A DNA stretch of 59,281 nt, counting the filler, from Sphacelaria rigidula (Eukaryota), in assembly GCA_964200075.2 (NCBI GenBank). It is 6 parts of 6 records of this genome, joined end to end, with 100 filler letters (N's around TTAATTAATTAA, not from the genome) between each part and the next. Parts side by side here need not be neighbours in the genome. Positions count along the whole stretch, not along the records: positions 1 to 9,798 come from CAXNAA020007739.1; positions 9,899 to 19,695 come from CAXNAA020007740.1; 4 more parts are not named here. The stretch is one strand, 5' to 3'. The notes below the pieces were generated by a model. It had not been told where the DNA came from. It saw only the letters and a list, made by a program, of their open reading frames with translations, and did not search any database. A program made the translations under genes and the position numbers. Shown here in pieces: positions 1-11,701 of the stretch (its first letter is position 1; every line of letters begins with the position of its first letter).

Positions 1-41
<41 letters not shown>

Positions 42-208
42 TGTTGTTGTTGTTGTTTCCCTTCTTTCATTTTTCTCTCATTTTTATTTCATTTTTTTCA
101 CGTTTCTCCCTTTTTCATGTTTCTACGAGCTGGAGTGTTGCAATCAGCTACGTGATGCACGATGATCATCCTTTTTGTCCTATTTCGTGCTTGTGTTTGT
201 CTTTGTGT

Positions 209-240
<32 letters not shown>

Positions 241-280
241 GATGGTGGTGGTGGTGGTGGTGGTGGTGTTTTGTTGTTGT
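1..280. repeat. Microsatellite-rich contig start: (TTA)n 1-40, (TTG)n and (GTG)n at about 205-280
   Basis: Direct reading of trinucleotide runs. They explain the spurious poly-L/V/Q/H/P/T ORFs at 41-385. Confidence 0.95.
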
Positions 281-361
281 TATCGCTGCCCCCTTCCTTT
301 CCTTTCTGAGGCCGTTGCTTCTGTCGTTTTTCTGTTCCTTTCTTTCTACTTTTGCTGCTCC

Positions 362-440
362 TGACCACGGGCTGGATTGTTGCAATCAGCTAATGTGAGA
401 TAATCAATCAATCAATCAATCGATCGATCAATCAATCAAT
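362..440 (+). mobile_element. Non-LTR retroelement 3' tail ending in (TCAA)n
   Basis: GACCACGGGCTGGAT...CAGCTAATGTGAGATAATCAATCAATC. Related tails occur at about 4500-4596, 5302-5370, 9250-9310 (-), 12950-12996 and 39340-39397. Confidence 0.7.
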
Positions 441-657
441 CTCTCACGTCTTTGGCTCCCGCGACGATGAAAACACCCAAGTCGTCGAGTTCCGCCAGTC
501 GCGCAGGCAAGTACTTGAGCACCTGTGTTTGCGGTTGACACTTGTACACGTGCATATATGCATATGAACTCGAAGGTTCTTGGTTCAAGATCGTCAAAGA
601 AGTCATTATAATTATTTGCTCATCGGAATGCTGACTCCTCCGCTGAAGTCGTTCATC

Positions 658-868
658 ACGAGCAATGACTCGAGTGCTCGCCCTTTTCATTTGTTTCCAC
701 AACGAGCATTGGCTCGAGTGCTCGCCCTATTATTGTTTTCCACAACGAGCAACGACTCGAGTGCTCGCCCTATTTATTTGTTTCCCCAACGAGCAATGAC
801 TCGAGTGCTCGCCCTATTCATTTTTTACGGTCAACGAGCAGCCCAACGAGTGCGAGCGCCACGGGTCA
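658..868. repeat. Minisatellite, about 4.5 units of about 44 bp, each with a palindromic core CGAGCA..CTCGAG.TGCTCG
   Basis: Repeated ACGAGCAATGACTCGAGTGCTCGCCCT followed by similar AT-rich linkers. Confidence 0.9.
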
Positions 869-2061
869 CACTCGTGCTCGTCCGACGTATGAAAAATATC
901 CCATCTTGTCATTCTCCAACTTCCCGTCAAGACCAAAAATCTCCAACTTCCCGTCAAGATAATGTGAAACCGTGGTCTGCTGCTGGTTGCTCCGCAGACC
1001 CCAATGATTCGCTGAAATGTGGATAGTGTGAAGGATTATGCTGTAGGCAGATGAGCAAGATCCCATGAAGTTTGAAAAGTCTTGCCGTCACACGCATGCA
1101 AAAAGGACATGATCGTGATACACCACGGGCCATGGCGCAGTGGACATGTCCCGTCCAAACGATGTCTGGCGGCTGCGCGGCGCCTCCGCTGGTCTTCCAT
1201 CAACCGCAAATTGCTCACCCGGGTCGATCCCCCAAACTGAATGCGGTTTGTCCTAGCTCGGCGCCGTTCTATCTATGGTTGACACATTTTTGAAACAACC
1301 CTACCCCTAACCCTACCCCCAACGCAAGATATATTATACCGAGAACCTTCGGGCAAGAGGGGTGTGAAGGGTGCCCTTGGCAAGCTGTGTGTTGGCGGAC
1401 AGACCTGAGATCAAAGCCTGTGGCATCAATTTGGACGAACACGCGATCTGCGCACGCCAGCAGAGGACTTTGGTAGGGATTGACCGCCCCGTTCAAGATC
1501 CGAGTACTATATGTATGTCCATACTCAAATCGAGTGATATCAACCATGGATGAAATTACGGTAATATTGCTTCGAGTCCTTGACGGCATAATGCTGACTT
1601 CAATGCCTGCACCGAACTCTGCGTGTTTCATTTTTTTTCCCCCTTTTACCCATCAATTTTTCCCGTCATTTCTTCGCTTTTCGCACCCATCCATCGTTTG
1701 ATGACGAAATATGTACGTGCGTACTGTTGTAGCTTCCTTCAGACTTCCATATATTATACCATACTAGTGATGTACTTTTCATTCTACAAATATATATATA
1801 TATATATATATTCATCCATAGTTGTATCTCCGTCATGCACAAGTATTCAAGTATCATCTATGGTCTCTCCCGCTTTCACGTATGTTTTTTTTTCATTTTG
1901 TATTTTGTTCGAAAAAAGACATGGACAAACAAAAGTGATCCTGTACAGCAGTGCTAACAGTCACACTCTCATCAATGTCGCGTGCTCATGACGTGACGTT
2001 CGGTGCTCGCGCTTGTGTGTTTTCACGTGTGTGTTGTGTATGCTCTCACGTGACCAAACAG

Positions 2062-2234
2062 GGCGGGGCCATAACAGTGTCGGGCGACCAGGAAGATATG
2101 GGGTGGGACAAACCCGGGGGTACTCTGATCTTGCACGATTCCACGTTCGTGAATTGCTGGGGGCACCTGGAAACCGGAGGGGTCGTATACCTGAACGATT
2201 TCACTCAATTCACCATCGCTGGGGATGGAAACAC
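2062..2234 (+). CDS. Internal exon of a polymorphic-membrane-protein-like (GGAI/FxxN repeat, beta-helix) protein
   Basis: Acceptor aaacAG at 2060-2061 and donor GTAAGT at 2235. Encodes GGAITVSG...FVNC...GGVVYL...GDGN and ends in phase 2, matching the exon at 7603. Confidence 0.75.
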
Positions 2235-2638
2235 GTAAGTGTCACAATACGGAGTATAATTGTTAGTACAGGGACTGCAGGTCTATGAAAATGAGCGTGC
2301 GCCTACCGTAGCCGTACTTACTCTGAACCAAATGCAACATCACAGTATGCAGTATCCAGCATCCAGCATCCAGCATCCAGCATCCAATATCAAATATCCT
2401 TTTATTTTATTTTTCCCACACGGTAGAAAAGAAATCGACGCTGTAAAACACACCGCTCACTGCGTCAGGTAGGCAACCAGGCAATCGTTATATTCGCATG
2501 GTGGTCCAGCTATCGATCATCCTTTGCGGGGTGGAAAACCCGCACTCCGCCTAAAATATGTGATCGTACTACGTAGTGTTTTATATGATGGGGACACCCA
2601 TGAGGCGCTTTGTGTAACCCGTGGTTACCTCTTGAAGT

Positions 2639-3080
2639 AACAGCCGATCATCGAAATTGAGGGTGGAGCTCTTCATTGAGGACGAGAACCCGAAAATTGA
2701 AATCTTCGTATCCACACGAAATCTTCGAAATATGATTCCATTCCTTCACCTACTGATATCTATCGACAGCTTCTATACGCCCTACGAATTTGGATTTCAA
2801 TAACCGAAATGTCGGAGAAAATGTTTTGGGGAATTTAAGTGATCCGATCGGATCGCCGAAATTCCCCGAAATTGGTTTTTCACCTTGAACCCCAACATTT
2901 CGGTTGTCGAAATACAATTTTGCAGGGCGTGTAGCAGTTGTCGATAGCTATCAGTAGGTGAAAGAATGGAACCATATTTCGAAGATTTCGTGTGGAGACT
3001 TGGTGGAGACGAAGATTTTAATCCTCCGGGTTCTCATCCTCAATGAAAAGCTCCATCCTCAATTTCGATGATCGGTTGTT
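2639..3080. mobile_element. Foldback (whole-length palindromic) MITE, about 440 bp
   Basis: AACAGCCGATCATCGAAATTGAGG... pairs with ...CCTCAATTTCGATGATCGGTTGTT, symmetric about GATCCGATCGGATC (about 2841-2854). A second copy of one end lies at 9899-9953. Confidence 0.85.
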
Positions 3081-3645
3081 GAGTGGTGAGACCAGAAGAT
3101 GAAGCAGCTCATCGCAGGCTGTCATCCATGTGCAAGATAATCAGCGGGCTTCGGGCCGAACAGTGTTCGCAGGATGCAGCTCACTCTTCATGCGACTCGC
3201 CTGACTCATCGCGGCGCTTTCCGCTTGGTGATGCGAGTCCGGTCCGGCGAATACCCGGCGTGCTCCGTCCCGGCTTCGTACGGATGCGAGGTCAACGGAC
3301 TTTCTGACTACGGCATGCAAGATCATGAGTGCAACTCTCCTGTCCTTCTTCATGTTCGTTGCCATGCTTGCAATTTCTTCTTATTCCTCAAGACGAGTCC
3401 GCACATGTCGTCTCGAGGAATGAGTCAAGCCGTCTTTCCCTCTCGACCTGCGTCGTGTTTGTTGTTGTTGTTGTTGTTGTTGTTGTTGAGCATCGGATTT
3501 GTGATTTTTTCTTCATTTGTTCTTAATTCACGATACCAGTACACATTTAAAAATAAGTGAATGCACGGATCATCAATCAAGTAAGATGTGTATCACAGTA
3601 GTACACGTTCAATAAAGTAGAACATGATGAGCGTGGATCCATTAA

Positions 3646-3940
3646 CCCCTTAGCAACCGCAGCGTAAATGACCGTACGTTTATTTATGTACGGTTCACAT
3701 TGGCATCCGTCCCCACACGGAAAACATGTGATTTACTCAAGGGATAGCCAACGATCACAGATTACGTAAAGGTGCAGGTTGCGCATCTCGCCAGACTTCT
3801 GGGGCCGGGGTTCCCCTAGCTGTTGCTACACGTTTCTGTTTCCCCAGATTCTCATGATTTTTCTGCCATAAAACGACTACTGACCAAAAAAGATTATTCA
3901 TGGGCTGAAAAACTATCCAGAGACTGTGAATGCTGAAGGG
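3646..3940. mobile_element. piggyBac-type MITE
   Basis: TTAA on both sides (3642-3645, 3941-3944), CCC..GGG ends, imperfect TIR CCCCTTAGCAACCGCAG / CTGTGAATGCTGAAGGG. Confidence 0.7.
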
Positions 3941-4775
3941 TTAAGGCGAAGTGCGAAAGATGACTGTTATAGTCTACAAGTGGTTAGTGAATCAGATTGT
4001 ACATTATTAGTCATTTCCAGTACGAACGACAGTTACTTGCATGCTTTTATGAACAAATCAGAGTGTCTCCTTCACAAGTAAAGTAGCATAGCTACTGCTG
4101 TATGTGCCATGTGACAAGAAAGAGGTGGTACGGTTTCTCGAGCAAAATGGACAAGAGGTGTGAACTAGTGATGAAAACGTGTTTACTCATACGAGTACAG
4201 TCTACCAGTACTGAACGCAGGGCTCATGCGGGGTCTATAGATGCCGTGATCAAACTGTAAGAACATATGGAGCCCAGACCGCTAAGGAAAGAGGAGTTTG
4301 CAACACAACTCAGCAAACTGGTGTTTCGCCAATTTGATCGCGTGATTCGGCGTGCGCGCTCCGACAATCATCCATTGCTACCACTGTGTTCCATTGTACA
4401 GTTAGTACAGCGTTTTCTTCTTCCTCCTCTTCTCTTTTTCTCTGGCAAGCGTTCTTATTTTGTTCACCTCGAGACACGTACATCCATTTTTTTTTTCACC
4501 AACTGCGGCTGGGTCTCTGAGGGGGCAGTTAATGCGCGACAACCAACCAACCGATCGATGAATCGGTCAATCGGTCAATTGATCGATCAAATCAAAGATA
4601 GCGAATCAATTTATTCCAACAGGATGAGCTCTCCCGCAGCCCTCATTTGACTTCCATCGTCCCTTTTTTTTTATCACTTTTTTCTTTGTGAAACGCCCAC
4701 CTTCGTTCTCCCGACTTCCACAAAAATAAAAAATAAAATCAGTGAAATGAGCGGGAACAATCCATGATGATGAGT

Positions 4776-5018
4776 CATGCTACGGGAGAGGGGGGTATTT
4801 TGGGTCGTTTTCTTCGACGGAGTTCATACTTGAATCGTCGTTGAAAGCAGCAACAGTTGTTCGAACTCGCTTGCTGCCGATAAATAACGCTTATCCACAC
4901 TGCTTGATATCGCTCATACCCAAATACAAGCGCATCGCGAGTGTTTCTGGTCCTTTGACGCACCTATGCGCCCAATTTTTCGTGGAATCGAACCCCCCCG
5001 CCCCCCTATCGTAGCATG
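4776..5018. mobile_element. Possible MITE with CATGCTACG..GGGGG terminal inverted repeats
   Basis: CATGCTACGGGAGAGGGGG at the left end and CCCCCCTATCGTAGCATG at the right end. A similar terminus occurs at about 39426-39450. No clear TSD. Confidence 0.45.
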
Positions 5019-5039
5019 TGTTGTGTGTGTGTGTGTGTG

Positions 5040-5370
5040 TTGTCGTCCCATCAATTCTGGACGCCGGGCTACACCTTTCGGTACGTATGGGCACACCAGC
5101 CGGGGTCACACAGGAAGAAGGTCAACACAGGAGTTTTTTGTTTTTGTTTAGTTTTAGTACTCCCCCTTATTTTTTCGCAAGAGGGGTTCAGCAATCTCTT
5201 TTCCTCGTCGAATATCGTTCTGTTCGACCCTCTCCTTTTCTTTTTTTTTCTCTGTTCCTTCTTTTTCTCAGAGCGTGTTTCAGTTCCGTTTTTGTTTCTT
5301 GAGACCACGGCTGGATCATGACTACCTGGGGGGTCAGTTAAAGTGCGATAATCAATCAATCAATCAATCA
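5040..5370 (+). mobile_element. Dispersed SINE-like retroposon (CCAGCCGGGGTCACACAGG family) with a (TCAA)n tail
   Basis: The 5' part matches the reverse complement of about 52185-52310. The 3' end is the shared GACCACGGCTGGAT...AATCAATC tail. Confidence 0.7.
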
Positions 5371-5374
5371 CTCA

Positions 5375-5523
5375 ACCGTGAAGTCGAATTTCGTGTACCC
5401 ACGACATAGTCGCCCTCCACTGGTCGGCCCTAGAAAAATCCGAGATCGCTCCGAGATTCGAACCCACGACCCAACAGTCAGAAGGTTCTGAGGTTACCAA
5501 CTGAGCCACCGGGGCGACCGGCT
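5375..5523 (-). mobile_element. tRNA-derived SINE, family A
   Basis: On the minus strand, A box TGGCTCAGTTGG (5497-5508) and B box GGTTCGAATC (5455-5464). A homologous copy lies at 29483-29580 (+). No full cloverleaf seen. Confidence 0.75.
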
Positions 5524-6622
5524 GTGTATATGGCTCTGATAACGTAAAATGTGACCGGCTCGAGGCGGTTGAGAGGCGAAGAGGAGGAGGGGGGCGGGGG
5601 GGGGGGGGGGGGGGGGCGCGTTCTCATTTGTTGCTTGCCTCAGTATTGGTTACCGATTCGCTGGCCCGAAAGAGGAACAGTACCAGGCTGGCGCTGGGGG
5701 AGAAACTCACCTCCAACACTGGTGTCGTTGCTGGCTTTTTTTGTGTTATAACAATGACAGACTCAGAAATGTTTTTTGAGGATCGGAATAACATGGATTT
5801 CGATGAGTAGCTGCACATCAAACGGAAGACAAGGGCTAGTGTGTTGCGCTGCACGCTAGTATTGCAGTCAACGAAAGAAGGACGCCCTCTCAAGTCCTCA
5901 ATCACTAGACCTCGGGAACTGATGTTCAACCTACATGATTCAAATATTATGCATACTGTTCAAAGCGACGTGAATAAAAAAATGTAATTTCATGAGGAGA
6001 AAGCGATTCGAACCCCTGACTTCGTGCTTGGAAGGCATAACATAATAGGTTTAGGATATTTAGCAGAATTAAGAGTTATATCAAACCTTGGCGAGGACGT
6101 CGTTCAGCTCAATATATGACTCATGCCCCATGATGCTCTTGAACCTCAGTTGGTGGAGTAGCTACTGAAATCGAATCCATTGACTTCGTATCACCTAGAT
6201 CTTCGCTAACAACATATACGTTCATTTCCAGGTTCCCTTTTATTTGGACGCCATTGGTGGCATCCAGGCCGTGCACGAGCAGCAGGAAGCTGCAGGTCTT
6301 GAATAAAAGTATAAATCGGCGATCAGAAGCTGTACCTTCTACTGTATGCGTCCTACTATTATAGGAATATTAGACTAGTGCGCGAAAGCGTGATGCAGGA
6401 AGACTTTGGATGGGGGATTGAGGGATTCGGTCGTAAACCCCTCTTGTTGTCGCAACCCCTTGTTTAGTCCAGGATGATGACAGTTGATGTAAGAAGTCCC
6501 GACCAACTTCGTGCCGGCAGTCACGGTTATACGAAGGGGGCAAGCCCCCCCCCCCCTTATTCAAAGTAATTGGGCGAAAATGGTAGGCAGGTGGTCTTTT
6601 ATTTGTTTTTTTTGCTACATAC

Positions 6623-6653
6623 TTATTATTATTATTATTACTATTATTATTAC

Positions 6654-6695
<42 letters not shown>

Positions 6696-6790
6696 TTTAC
6701 TTTACTTTACTTTACTTTACTTTACTTTACTTTACTTTACTTTACTTTACTTTACTTTACTTTACTTTACTTTACTTTACTTTACTTTAC
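6623..6790. repeat. Compound microsatellite, (TTA)n followed by (TTTAC)n
   Basis: Direct reading. Confidence 0.95.
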
Positions 6791-7602
6791 CTCATTTTAT
6801 TTGTCGCACTTTGAACCCCCCCCTTTGGGACGAGTCCGTGTTCTCAAGAGATTAGCTCATTTCTCCCCGGTATGTACTGACTGTTGTTTGATCTGATCGT
6901 CGCAAAGCAGGAAAAACGGTGAGAGTGGATTCCGACAGACGGGAGAGAAATCGAATGTTCAGATAATTGCTCATAGTCTTCGCTTAAATATCCGAAAGCC
7001 GGTTGAGTTAAGGTTGAGCAGGCTGATATTGTGATGGTTATGGTTACATTCTTCAGAGGGTCGCACCCGTGTGTGCGGCAAAGTACTGGTATGTCTTGAG
7101 TTTGCGAGTGAAGGGGCAATCAGGATCGGTTATGGCTGGATTTCTCTGATGACCTCTGTTTCCACAATGATGTGCGCACATGGTCTTGGATATCCATCTG
7201 TATGTTGCGATTTAGGGTGGGCCTTGTAGAACGAGAAGATCCGTTGAGTTATGGTGTACAGCAGCGATAGAGTTCCCGGCGTTCAAGGTTGGTCAACCAA
7301 TGGAGCAATTTTGAAACGAGGCTGGCGTCCGAAGGGCCACAATATAAATGAAACATGTTACTATATATATGTATGAGAGGCTGGCGTCCGAAGGGCTAGA
7401 GTATAAGTGAAACATGATGATATACAATATGTATATATTTCATGTATAGAATGATTGGGTTGATCGCACGCGTGACGAGGAAAACCGAAAGACGTTTTTG
7501 AATAACAATCGATCAATCGTGTTTTTTTTTTTTTCGCTTTGTGCACGTGTTTGTGTTTGTGTTTGTGTTTGTATGTTTCCTTCCCCTTCTTTTCATCGTC
7601 AG

Positions 7603-7708
7603 ATTCTTGAACAACCGCTGCGGACACGACGGCGCAGTGGTAGCAGCAACGGTGGACACCATTGTCACGATCGAGGGCGGAAACTTCACCGCGAATACCG
7701 CAGAATCG
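7603..7708 (+). CDS. Next exon of the GGAI/FxxN beta-helix protein (probable GC donor)
   Basis: Polypyrimidine tract plus cAG at 7601-7602. The phase-2 join gives (T)FLNNRCGHDGAVVAATVDTIVTIEGGNFTANTAES, followed by G|GCGAGT. Confidence 0.7.
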
Positions 7709-7759
7709 GCGAGTACTCAATTTTTTTTCCATTTTTTAAAATTATTTATATATTTTTCG

Positions 7760-8080
7760 TCGCACTCTGAACCCCTCACCTTCCTCGGGATGAGTCCGTG
7801 GTCTCAGGTAATCAACCCCTTTATCTCTCCCCGGTACACGCCTTTGCATTTTGCTCTCGCGGGTTGGGTCATGACTATCAGCACCCCCACTCCGCGTCAA
7901 CTCTCGTGAAACAAACTCAGTATCTCCTACTTTTTTTTACTCACGTTCTCACGCGTTCCGACGGTGGAAATCAGATACTTTGATACGAAGAAAAAAAACC
8001 AACGCATGCATCGGGAATCGAACCCTCGTTCTTTCCATCCTAATGGCCACAGTCGGACCATTACACCACCAGGGCGCGGC
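7760..8080 (-). mobile_element. tRNA-derived SINE, family B, near full length
   Basis: On the minus strand, A box TGGTGTAATGG (8058-8068) and B box GGTTCGATTCC (8014-8024), with an A-rich end near 7720-7757. Body/tail copies at about 6804-6875, 20030-20188 (+) and 25575-25655. Confidence 0.75.
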
Positions 8081-9464
8081 GTCCTTGGTACTCATTTTTT
8101 TTTTTTTTTTCGTTGAACAAAGGAGGAAACGTCACCCTAATACTTACCCCGCAGGTACGGGTTCGTGTGTCGATTATCCAGAGGCTCGGCTAGACCGCCT
8201 CGGGGCAGTCGTGTGGTGTATAGGCGCCGCCTCGAGCGTGCGAAACGCTTAGCTCAAGGCAACCATGGGGGTCGAATCCACATTTCCTCTCATGTGCAGT
8301 ACATATGTACTATTCGTGGAACTTTTTGTTTGATTACGAAGTACATGGTCATTCTTCAGCGAGGGCGTTATGGCATGGGAACGTTTTTGACTTGATGCTA
8401 GTAGTGTAGTGTATCCACGTCTCTCGGGAAAGTACCTGAACAGTGTTGAGGCATTCATTCATAGCAGTCAGTCCAGGGTTTTGTTCGGTGCTTTGATTTT
8501 TTTGTCGTACGGATGGATGTCCTGCAGTCAAGGATCCCCCCAAAATATTTTGAATTTGTCAAGTGTTTTGGATTCATAATGTTACGCAGTAAAATAATCC
8601 AAAATACGGAACGTCTAAAAGGGTTGTTTGTGACATAATCTTGACGTACAAAAGTCAAGATATTGAAATATTGGCAATTCTAGGGTTGTTTTTACATACG
8701 ACATCAAGTGACCTATGTCAGTGACGACGGGTTTGAGTAATCGGACTAATTATACTCGGGAATAAAAAAATAATAATGAAAAATTGACGTCAAAACTGTC
8801 GCAGTACATGTGCTAAGTTTTTCGAGCAGTACGAACATTGTTTGTGAGGTAAGTTTTTTATAACTCACGCATGTCCCGCAGTCATCAAGGTCTGTGACGA
8901 AGTTACACCGTTATGTTGAGTTGGTAGTGATGGTCTGGATACTGACCGTTGGTTGTGATGGTCTCAATAATGACCGTGGACACGGGGATGATACCCTGAC
9001 GGGTGTACGAGGCTGTTCTAAAAACTCAACAGCCTATTGGTTTTGAGCGCGTGCTTTAAAGATACGAATATTCCACGTTGAAGATCCCGAAAGCTTTTCT
9101 ATGCGCGGGTGTCCTCTGACGACCCTCGGAAACCAGGGTTCGTCTCGGAATAGTACCACCGCCTGACGTTCGAGTGCTGGTCGGCTCCAACGCCATAGCT
9201 AGGTGTTTCATCCCGGTTCGCACACGCCAGATCGAATGACAATGGCAACAGCATTAATGGATTGATTCATTGGTGGGTTGATTGTCGCGCATTAACTGAT
9301 CAAGGCAGTGGTTCTTACTCAAGAGGACCATCGAAAAAAGAGATGTAGGAGACGAAGAAAGAACGATAGAGCAAACGGAGTAAAACTGAAACAAAACACG
9401 AGAGACAAGACAAAACAGAAGCCAGAAGGAGAACGAAGGGGAAAAAAAAGAGAAATAAATGGAA

Positions 9465-9798
9465 ACGTGAAGGAGAATAAGCGTAGGAGTGGCGGGTTAC
9501 GACCAAAATAATGATATATGATGACAAAAAGGAGAGACAGAACCATAAAAAAAAGGAAAACAAACGGAGAAAAAAGTGAAGGAGAATCAGCACACGAGTG
9601 GCCGGTTACGACCAAAATAACGAAATATGATGACAGAGAGGAGAGACAGAACAAGAAAAGAAAGGAAAACAAATGGAAAAAAGTGAAGGAGAATCAGCAC
9701 ACGAGTGGCCGGTTACGACCAAAATAACGAAATATGATGACAGAGAGGAGAGACAGAACAAGAAAAGAAAGGAAAACAAATGGAAAAAAGTGAAGGAG
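9465..9798. repeat. Purine-rich tandem repeat, units of about 105-110 bp, running into the contig end
   Basis: Repeated GTGAAGGAGAATCAGCACACGAGTGGCCGGTTACGACCAAAATAA... Confidence 0.85.
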
Positions 9799-9898
9799 NN
9801 NNNNNNNNNNNNNNNNNNNNNNNNNNNNNNNNNNNNNNNNNNTTAATTAATTAANNNNNNNNNNNNNNNNNNNNNNNNNNNNNNNNNNNNNNNNNNNN
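9799..9898. other. Artificial contig spacer
   Basis: N44-TTAATTAATTAA-N44, which places stops in all six frames. Confidence 0.98.
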
Positions 9899-10523
9899 TC
9901 CGGGTTCTCATCCTCAATCAAAAGCACCATCCTCAACATAGATGATTGGCTGTTTGATCCAGATCACTTCTCTAGTAAGAAGTAATATATAGGTAGCTCA
10001 TGAGCTGTTCGACGTGAGTGATGCTACGGAAGGGGTACAAAGATATTTTCTGAGGTTAGAATCGTTAGGAGCCCTTTATCTCATCCAAAACACGACTGAT
10101 GGAAATATGCGAGAGTACGCCAGGAATACTATCTCAATGTATGTGGTGGGGATATCCCGAATTAATCTGAAAACGGGGATCCCCTGACCCATATTCTTGT
10201 GCGTCTAGAATCGTTAGGAGCCCCTGAACCAGACAAAATTTCGCCAAAATGAAGCACTCCTACCGTGGCACTGCCCACGTGTGCATTTTTGTGAGGCCCG
10301 CTTACTGCCTGATACCAAAGAGCGTGCCATACGAACGCGATGAGTGAAATGGAAGATTTAACTCACCCATCATGATCCCAAGTGGACATGTTTTCCTGCT
10401 CACTCAAGGCCTCACCACTGTAAATAAGGCGTTTGCCTTTAATTGCAATAATATGTTTCCATTACACGACTCACAGCGAGAAAACACACACTGACCGCTT
10501 CCTCGCGCCATCTCCTCAAAAAG

Positions 10524-10904
10524 GTTACGCTGGTGGAGTTGGGCGCGCTCCGCCCGTTAGTGAGTATGATGGCGGTAGAGGCCGAACCGCGTCACTACGC
10601 GGGCCTGGCGCTTCTCAAGCTTGCGGACAACTTCGAAAATCACATGCGCATCGCCGAGGAGGGGGGCATCCAGGCGCTATTGCGGCTCGGCCGTGCGCGC
10701 TCAACAGACGAAGAATTGCAATACAAGGCGGCTCTCACAGTGGGTCATCTTGCGTCCAACGCCGTTAAGCTGTTGCCCAAGGGTAAGCAGAACAGCAACA
10801 TCGGCTTTGGGGCTACGGTGCTCCATAATAGCGCGGATAGCAAGGCTCGACGAGCTCAAAAACAGACGCAGGAACACCTTGACCAGTCCTTGAAAACGGG
10901 ATGA
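10524..10904 (+). CDS. Terminal exon of an armadillo-repeat (Vac8-like) protein
   Basis: Acceptor aaAG at 10522-10523. ARM-type helices LVELGALRPLV.., IAEEGGIQALLRL..EELQYKAALTVGHLA. Stop TGA ends at 10904. No upstream exons seen on this contig. Confidence 0.85.
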   Translation, partial: VTLVELGALRPLVSMMAVEAEPRHYAGLALLKLADNFENHMRIAEEGGIQALLRLGRARSTDEELQYKAALTVGHLASNAVKLLPKGKQNSNIGFGATVLHNSADSKARRAQKQTQEHLDQSLKTG

Positions 10905-11701
10905 TGAGGAAGTCATGCATGATGGGAAAGGCGTTGAAGTATAGGTGATATGGTACGATAGGACGGTCGGGGTATTTTTGCTGGGGTCGCTGGTAACACA
11001 TTCGACGGCGGGTGCGTGCTAACCGAGCGTGGAGACTGAACAATGCCACCGCATGTCGAGTCTGCAATGTGCGTGAATGAAAATAACTTGTGCTCAACCA
11101 TCACAGTTGTGAGAGTACCCGAGCAAACCCACCATGGAACCACGTGGGGATGTGTAGGGAAAAGCCCTTTTGTAGTACTAGTATAGTGGTACCACTCCCG
11201 GAGGATAGGTGCTCATTACCGCGGGCACGATTCGGGATATTGCAAGAAACCGATGGGGCCTACCTTCGGGTATATATGGAGAAATTGGATGAGTGCTACG
11301 TGTTCATCGCTCAGTCGCCGCCAGTGAAGTGTCCCGCTTATACTCAACAGGTAAGAGACAGTTACCACCACCTACTGTATTAATAACTGCACCGAACAAT
11401 GGCTGGCGGGGCTGCGTGGGGAGCTGCATCAACAATCGTCCCACCTGCCCGGACGACAAACCAAATCTAGGTGGTCCAGAGACTTGCTCCGTAGGTATCG
11501 CCACTCTTCCCACAGTCCAGCACAACAGAAGGAAACGGATCACCGCACATCGAGACCAACAAGCATCTAAAAACCAAGGGTACCTCGACTGCAACCCAGC
11601 ATATCGCCCTCATCCATCCCAAAAAACATTCACCTCAACTCTCAAATCGTATGTACATTTCTACATCACAAGCAAAAAATGTCTAGTAAAGAAGAAAAAA
11701 C

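Noticed and set aside
41..385. Short ORFs with homopolymeric tracts (also 6511-6896, 9308-9727, 35148-35609, 58606-59256)
   Set aside because: They are translations of micro- and minisatellites.
658..868. CRISPR-like array of palindromic repeats
   Set aside because: The spacers are only about 17 nt and resemble each other, there are no cas genes, and the context is eukaryotic. It is a minisatellite.
5440..5523. tRNA genes here, at 8005-8080 and at 29483-29560
   Set aside because: A and B boxes are present, but there are no convincing acceptor or anticodon stems, and the heads continue into dispersed repeat bodies. They are SINE heads.
8155..8193. Possible terminal exon of the beta-helix gene (gcAG|GTACGG..TAG)
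   Set aside because: Only 12 codons and no GGA/FxxN motif. The gene more likely continues off the contig.
9843..9854. TTAATTAATTAA as a recurring biological motif
   Set aside because: It is a synthetic six-frame stop linker embedded in N runs.
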